Shown here piece by piece: positions 11,057-16,931 of a stretch of 16,931 bases of DNA (position 1 is its first letter; the number at the start of each line of letters is the position of its first letter). The notes under the pieces were generated by a model. It was not told the DNA's origin and made no database searches. It was given only the letters and a program-made list of their open reading frames with translations. Source of the stretch: Octopus sinensis. Its lineage: Eukaryota. Position numbers and translations under genes: made by a program. Location of the stretch: NCBI RefSeq assembly GCF_006345805.1, contig NW_021825052.1:1-16931 (forward strand), given 5' to 3'.

Positions 11057-11539
11057 ATGTTCCTATCTCGCATTATATTCATGTGGCACTAAATCACCAA
11101 TGTGGAATTGGGGTACAGAATTTTAAAGAGCCTGGAATTTAATTAGAACCAATTACATCCACCAGAATAAAAAAAGATTTTATTGGACGGCACAACGAGG
11201 TTTATATTCCGAAATTAATACAAAATAACTAAATACCGCATATTTTTTTTTTATCCGGCACTCATTTGATTTTGTGAACCACAGTATCTTTTGATATTAC
11301 TATATTAAAAATAAAATATTTCACTAGAGACATTCTGTTAGTGATGAAATTGGAACCGGTTGTAATTAGAAAATAATAATATAAACATTGACACTTTTGT
11401 AGTTCTTTTAATTTTTTTAAAAAATGTTTTCAATGTTTATATAATAAAATTAATAAACGGAGTGAATTGGATTTGGTTCATATGTCCTTTCGGAAGAGCA
11501 TACTGTGTCACCCCAAAATTACATTTCTACGACTCAAAA

Positions 11540-11721
11540 TTCTATTACAACTGCACAATGCCAGCAATTTTGAGAGTAGAATGTTAGTCGATATAATTAA
11601 CTTCAATAGTTGGTTGGTACTTTAATTTTATTGACACGGAGAGATTAAAATCAACGACAAATTCGGCGAGATTTGAACTCAGAGAAATAAGACCAAAAAT
11701 GAAAAGTGCAATGTATTTTCC
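11540..11721 (-). mobile_element. Second SINE family, degraded, 5' head missing
   Basis: + strand reads GCCAGCAATTTTG...TTAGTCGAT...TGGTACTT...TCGGCGAGATTTGAACTCAG; the reverse complement gives a B-box-like GAGTTCAAATC. It matches an octopus SINE as I recall it and ends abruptly at the palindrome. Confidence 0.7.
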
Positions 11722-11796
11722 ATGGGGACCGGTATTAAGGAAGGATAGAAAAATATTAGGTTTATTTTTCTATCCTTCCTTAATACCGGTCCCCAT
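11722..11796. repeat. Perfect 34-bp inverted repeat with 7-nt spacer
   Basis: ATGGGGACCGGTATTAAGGAAGGATAGAAAAATA (11722-11755), spacer TTAGGTT, exact reverse complement at 11763-11796. Confidence 0.98.
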
Positions 11797-12662
11797 ATGC
11801 TGCCCATATCTTCACTCAGTCTGCTTAGGATATTGTTGTGTCTTAGCATATGTGCTGCTTCTTTTAGTTTTCGTATTTTCCAGTGGTGTTATCCGTCTAT
11901 TATTTTAACTTCATCCCACGGGGGAAGGTGGTCTCCATTTTTCCATACATGATCGGCTTTATCAATATCTCCTCGTGTCACAGCTTTGCGACGTTCGTCT
12001 ACCCTTATTTTGAGGGGGCAGCCCGTTTCGCCTTTGTATAACCTACCACAGCTCCATGGGATGGAGGACACGCAGTCTTTGGTCATATTCTTCTATTCAG
12101 AATTTTACTCGGAGATATTTGCGAAGTGTTGTATTACTCTTGAATACTGTACTGATGTCATATGGGCCGCATATCTTTTGTATCTTTTCGGAGAGGCCTT
12201 TCACATAGGATAGACATACTGTGGACAGTTTATTGGCCTCATCATCTCTCTTCTTCATAATTGGAGTGGATAGTATATTTTTGAGGTTGATCATTTCTTT
12301 GTGGTATGTATCACGATCGCAACTTATATTATTTGCACGATGTTTTAGGAACTGAGCAATCATTCTCTTTTCATTGTATGGATGGTGGGAATTGAAGTTG
12401 AGGTATCGTCCAGTAAATGTCGGTTTGCAGTATATGGATATCCGGAATCCATACTTAGTACGGCCAGGAATGCCAGTTGATTGCCTTTTACATTTTTCAT
12501 TGTGAATTGTGTGGATGGCGATATTAAGTCCACATGATCTAACAGCACTTGGACATATTCCTGGTGGGGTCAGTGTATGAAAGTCTCATCAACATATCGT
12601 AGCCATAGTGTTTTGGTTTTCGTGGTGTTGATCCTAAGGCCAAGATTCCAGACGCTCCAACA
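11763..12662 (-). mobile_element. Penelope-like element relic: RT C-terminal half, thumb, linker and GIY-YIG endonuclease
   Basis: Across frameshifts: LALGSTPRKP-TLWLRYVDETFIH*PH, LLDHVDLISPSTQFTM...NQLAFL, YCKPTFTGRYLNFNSHHPY, LSYVKGLSEKIQKICGPYDISTVFKS, CVSSIPWSCGRLYKGETG...DHVWK...WDEVKIID, WKIRKLKEAAHM...IWGPVLRK. The catalytic YVDD is degraded to YVDE; there are stops and frameshifts. Confidence 0.93.
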
Positions 12663-12718
12663 AACAAGATGAGGACAAATATCCGTCGAATATAAGTAAT
12701 GTAAATAATGTAAATAAT
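12658..12718 (+). mobile_element. Probable inverted Penelope pLTR 3'-terminal segment
   Basis: CAACAAACAAGATGAGGACAAATATCCGTCGAATATAAGTAA followed by (TGTAAATAA)x2. It resembles the sequence I recall just downstream of the hammerhead motif in octopus Penelope termini, and lies opposite in orientation to the adjoining RT fragment. Confidence 0.45.
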
Positions 12719-13779
12719 AACTCAAAGCTGTTTGCGACAACAGGAACTGAAATAGAAGGGATGTGTGGGAGTGTACAGATCTGCATGAAAGGCATATGAA
12801 TGGAATCAGGATCTCATAGTGAAGTGAGCCCACTTTGAAACGAGAGAATTGAGTAGAATGCAAAGCCATAAAATTTATAGACGGAAAGTGAATGGGAGAA
12901 CTGCATGGGATCCTGAAGGTCGACGACAGCTTGCACAGAGAAATAAAAGACCAAGTCACTGCTGCATGTTTGAAGCTACTCTTCTCTTGAAGTCCAAATT
13001 CAGTGCAAGGAACCTTGTGACTCATATCAACGTATTGGTTGTTGCTGTGGATTTCAGTAGTAGTGCATTCATTTTCAAATGGACGCGAGCAGATATCAAG
13101 GATCTCGATAGCCGGACCCGAAAGACGAAAGACAATGCATGGCGCCTGCCATCCTGAGACTAATGTATGCAAGGTGTACACGAAGAGGAGCAAGGCTGGA
13201 AGCGGCCTGATAAGCGTACGAGAGTGCAACGACAATGAGAAAAGAAACTGGACAGAGTATTTCGTAAATAGCGAACAAGACCTGAAACAGTAAGCTGTTA
13301 ATGCAGACGGATTTACCAGCTATGCAGTTGAGAGAACTAATGAATTCCGACCACAAATGAGAGAGAAGAAATACTACTCCGCATTAGATTACATGGTCAC
13401 TTTCACCGCGAAATGAACATCTTAAAGAGGCCTAGAAGCATCATGGAATGTAAATCATGAAATACGTTAAAAGCTCATTGAAAGCCTGATCATAGGTGCC
13501 GTGGAAGAGGCACTGAATACCAGCTCAGTGGAATGGAATATATATATACAAATGAAAAAAAAAAGATATATACTACACATTTTACACAGATTTTTTTGCA
13601 CACTAGGGCAAGGATTTGGTGTCGGATGAGTAGTAAGATGGTCGAAAACGTGACTCACATTGTTAGCGTTGTGAAAACCTTGCGCAGAAGGAGTACAAGA
13701 GCAGACAATATAAGATAGTCCTAAACCTTCACAGACTGATGTGCTGTAAATATGGATATAATGTAACAGGCACTTGGTA
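12716..13779 (+). mobile_element. R4/Dong-clade non-LTR retrotransposon relic: RT end, thumb and CCHC zinc knuckle
   Basis: Across frameshifts: (NN)SKLFA..EIEGMCGSVQI..GI*MESG (the DDLKLFA region), TLKREN*VECKAI, GILKVDDSLHREIKDQVT, LLKSKFSARNLVTHIN...WTRADIKDLDSRTRK, TMHGACHP...GLISVREC, LHGHFHREM, ESLIIGAVEEALNT, CRM...ENVTHIVS-CENLAQKEYKSRQ...CKYG...WY. All are colinear with R4/Dong/Rex6 ORFs. There is an AT-rich insertion of about 53 bp at 13546-13598. Confidence 0.9.
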
Positions 13780-14250
13780 TTAGGTCGTCAAGTATGAAAT
13801 TTGTAAAAAAGGGAACACCCATATTTTCAGTACACTTTTGCGATTTCAGCGGTAGCTTGTCTAGCATGGAACTTTAAAAGCCAAGCAATCCAGAGTCAAC
13901 AAAATCTTGGAATGCCTTTTTTATCAGCATCGTCGGAATTAAATATTTTCCCATCAAAAAGTTATCCAAATTCTGGAAGAAGCGCTAGTCAGTGGGGGCA
14001 AGATCAGGTGAGCACAGTGGATGATGGAGAACTTTCAACGCCAAGTCCTTTCGTTTCGCCAATGTTTGATATAAATTAGATTGTTAATGCTCTAAGCAAG
14101 ATGACTACCATATCCTTGTCAATGCAAATATCAGAGATACTCGTATCCATTCCGACAGTTCGTTGCATTTTTATGGATACACATGGTCTTCTTTTTCGAT
14201 TTTCTTTAGGAGTAATGTTTGCCTGTCTTTAGATCTATTCTTAAGTCTAT
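13778..14250 (-). mobile_element. mariner (DD34D) transposon relic: transposase C-terminus plus one TIR
   Basis: Minus strand reads LAKRKDLALKVLHHPLCSPDLAPTD*RFFQNLDNFLMGK..FNSDD...AFQDFVDS...DKLPLKSQKCTEN, a decayed HPPYSPDLAPSDY motif at about 13988-14023. On the + strand, TA (13778-13779) is followed by TTAGGTCGTCAAGTATGAAATTTG, which resembles mariner TIRs. Confidence 0.85.
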
Positions 14251-14299
14251 AAAGTTGGCTATCGTTCAGTTACTATTAAGATACCAATTATAAATAAAT

Positions 14300-14584
14300 A
14301 TATATGTATATATGAGTGTGTCTCTGTATGTGTCTATGTATATGTGTGTGTATGAGTATGCGTGTGTCGATGTGTGGCTGTATGTAAGAATAATTGTTAT
14401 ACACACAGTATTTTTCTTAGTCTGCCTTCCCCTCTCTTCCTATCTCTAACTTTTTTTATTTCCCTCTCTGTTTCTCAATGTTTGTGGGGGGGGATACGCA
14501 TATATGTACGTATACATATATACATCTCTGTGTATATGTATGTATGTATTTATATATATGCGTGCATATGTACGTATGTAAGTT

Positions 14585-14628
<44 letters not shown>

Positions 14629-14670
14629 AGTGTGTGTGTGTGTATGTATGTATGTATGTATGTATGTAAT
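14300..14670. repeat. Compound (TG)/(TA)/(TATG)n microsatellite field
   Basis: Visible; interrupted by about 80 bp of CT-rich sequence. Confidence 0.9.
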
Positions 14671-14875
14671 TTGTGTAGGTATATGTATATATTTACTGTT
14701 TCATTTCAGTTTTCACACAAGGGAATTGATGCAAATGATGTATCTTATTATTATTCATTGAAGTAATGTCCTTTAAAATAACAATTTCTTTAGTGTAATG
14801 CGCCACGAATATGTTGAAATACTCGTTACAAGAAAGATAAAGAAATATGATTGTAATTATGGAAGGTTTTTCTAG

Positions 14876-14920
14876 GTTTTTCTTTTTTCTTTTTCTTTTT
14901 CTTTTCTTTATTTTTTTTTC
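14876..14920. repeat. (TTTTC)n-like pyrimidine tract
   Basis: Visible. Confidence 0.85.
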
Positions 14921-15669
14921 TGTTCTTCGTTTGCTGTATCATTTAACATATATGGTAGACAAAGTTATCTTTAGCTATTGAAATGTTCGTTTATGCAGCT
15001 TGAAATCTATATTTTCATTACATTATCTTTTTCCATTTTTGTGGGCCTTCATATCTATTTCCTTGGTGATTTTCTGAATTAGACATTTTTCTTTGTACTT
15101 GAATATACAGCGTAACATTTTTAAAGCATTTCGAAATTAAAATGATATTTCAATTATTTGGTATTGCAAAGACATTGACTTTTTTTTGTTTTGATAATAA
15201 GTATCATATGATAGATGTTGGACATTGAGACCCAACTTAACATGTTTCAACTTCAACTCGAAGGTATTAAACTAACAAATATACCGCATTCCTGCGATTT
15301 ACTACACAGCGGAAGTCTAAGTAGATTTCCTAATGGACAGGGGTGAATAAAATATATTTCATTCATGCGCGCAAAATGGTGATGCAAGTATATCCATATG
15401 CACGTATGCACTCACATACACGCACACACATAGTATTGATACCATAAGAAATCAGACACGTTAAGAAAACTATAAATTTTTTTAGAGCTACAAATTCATA
15501 ATTAATCAATATAGGGTGGCAAAAAATTTTGTAGAATTGTTTTGCCACCAGCGGCCTAGTGGCCTATGTTTTTTAATTTTCTCCTGGTTTACGGAATGAG
15601 GTTATTTGCGGTTGAAGCTTTGGCTGTTATTTCTAGGGGTGAATGGCCTATTATGGCCGTTCCTTGATT

Positions 15670-15671
<2 letters not shown>

Positions 15672-15733
<62 letters not shown>

Positions 15734-15767
15734 CATATACATATATATATACATATAGATATACATA

Positions 15768-15822
<55 letters not shown>

Positions 15823-15887
15823 CAAATATATATATATATTATATATAATATATATATAATAATATATATATATATATATATATATAG
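15672..15887. repeat. Long imperfect (TA)n microsatellite
   Basis: Visible. Confidence 0.97.
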
Positions 15888-15929
15888 CAAACTTACACAC
15901 AGTACAAACACAGATTAAGTGGAAAGGTA

Positions 15930-15990
15930 TGGTGTTACAAGTCCGACAGCTGTTTCTGAGTGCTCGGAGGTAATTCATTATGTTCCCAGA
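15930..15990 (-). other. Possible Penelope-terminus relic with partial hammerhead-like motif
   Basis: Minus strand reads TTACCTCCGAGCACTCAGAAACAGCTGTCGGACTTGTAAC. It contains GAAAC-AGCT-GTC (palindromic helix III plus GUC site) but no CUGANGA core. Confidence 0.3.
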
Positions 15991-16125
15991 TATAGTTCCC
16001 TAGAATAAGTAACTAGTACTGGAAACCTATAGACATTGCATAGATCCAGCCTCCATTTTTTAGGGAGAAGAGTTAAAATTTGTAACATTCTATTTTCCCA
16101 CATACACACCAAATGACTTTCACAC

Positions 16126-16272
16126 AGTTTACGTCAGCCAAATTCACACAAAATGCATTGGCTGATCCGGTGTTATACTAGAAATACTTGCCTAAACTAC
16201 CATACCATGAGACTGCGCCCGAAACTACATGGTGGTAAACGTGCCTCTTAACCAATATAGACAGGCTTGCAC
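16126..16272 (-). mobile_element. Degraded 5' half of the SINE family at 5149-5549, reverse orientation
   Basis: Aligns to the reverse complement of 5150-5295: CAGTTT.CGTC..CCAAAT.CAC, TAGAA..ACTTGCC.AA, GAGACTGCGCCCGAAAC.ACATGGT. Confidence 0.75.
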
Positions 16273-16506
16273 GTCACGTACTAAACTTTGTTTTCTATCT
16301 CTTAGACGAAATATATTCCAAACGTGTTTCATTAGATTGTTCAAGAAGTTGCTAGGCTCTTGATATTAATGACACACCTTTAAAAATTATACTTTTTTAA
16401 TTCATATCAAATACAATTTGTTTTCAATTAAATATCTTATCATGTATAAGCTGCCATGTTCATAATTTCGATTACAAGATTTAATAAGTTTGTTCTATGT
16501 TTACAG

Positions 16507-16569
16507 GTTCGTCACAACAGCCTGAACGCTTCCTCCAAAATTTTGAACACCTGTAGTCTACTCTGTCAG
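16507..16569 (+). other. Candidate 63-nt internal exon (phase 0-0)
   Basis: Acceptor TTTGTTCTATGTTTACAG|, donor CAG|GTAAAC. Only frame 0 is open (VRHNSLNASSKILNTCSLLCQ). No family recognised. Confidence 0.3.
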
Positions 16570-16849
16570 GTAAACTGATTTCTCTTAATATATTTAACTT
16601 CGTGAAATGTGAGTTTGATCGTACATGAATTTCATGAAATATCATTCAACTACGTACGCCCATATGTATGCGTGCGCGAACGTGCGTGATCTTATATAAA
16701 ATCACGCTTAAAATATTTTCAAAAATAGCTGTATGGCTAACTCGCTAGCTTTGCAACCACTAGGTTTCGAATAAAGTGTAAATGCGCAGAAAATATTGGG
16801 AGGTGTTATAATCTGTTCCTACAATGTTTTTCTGTGAAGCTGGCAGATG

Positions 16850-16851
16850 GA

Positions 16852-16926
<75 letters not shown>

Positions 16927-16931
16927 ATATA
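16850..16931. repeat. (TA)n microsatellite running off the window end
   Basis: Visible. Confidence 0.97.

Noticed and set aside
11699-11908. Hydrophobic 69-aa ORF resembling a membrane peptide
   Set aside because: It is built from the palindrome plus the antisense strand of the Penelope GIY-YIG end.
12665-12695. GATGAGGAC...GTCGAA as a hammerhead ribozyme
   Set aside because: It lacks the CU of CUGAUGA, a proper helix II register, GAAA and a cleavage triplet.
12570-13235. 221-aa minus-strand ORF containing GLRINTTKTK, resembling a LINE RT motif
   Set aside because: Most of it is antisense to the R4 fragment. The motif is an off-frame reading of Penelope LALGSTPRKP, which joins WLRYVD by a frameshift.
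114-16931. Numerous ORFs rich in IYIY, CVCV or HTHT
   Set aside because: They are translations of TA/TG/CA microsatellites, which lack stop codons in some frames. There is no coding signal.
1-16931. CRISPR array, prokaryotic operon, or retron/defence system
   Set aside because: There are no regularly spaced repeat-spacer units or gene-dense coding. The RT and nuclease motifs are all explained by decayed eukaryotic retroelements.

Overview
AT-rich eukaryotic non-coding DNA with no intact protein-coding gene, RNA gene, CRISPR array or prokaryotic system. Roughly a quarter of the window is (TA)n/(TG)n/(GA)n/(GAA)n microsatellite, which generates most of the listed ORFs. Much of the rest is decayed transposable elements: six or seven copies or fragments of two tRNA-derived SINE families, the 3' end of an RTE-clade LINE, two R4/Dong-type (restriction-like endonuclease) LINE fragments, a Penelope-like element (RT to GIY-YIG) with inverted sequence at both ends, short Penelope-terminus-like relics, and a mariner fragment with one TIR. 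The SINE families and repeat landscape resemble what I recall of Octopus genomes; this is an inference, not a search result. The most interesting signals are a perfect 34-bp palindrome on an otherwise decayed Penelope, a Penelope-terminus-like insert flanked by an apparent 17-bp target-site duplication inside a SINE head, a CpG-rich promoter-like block and a candidate 63-nt exon. I cannot support a novel biological system here. Family motifs were compared from memory and need database confirmation.
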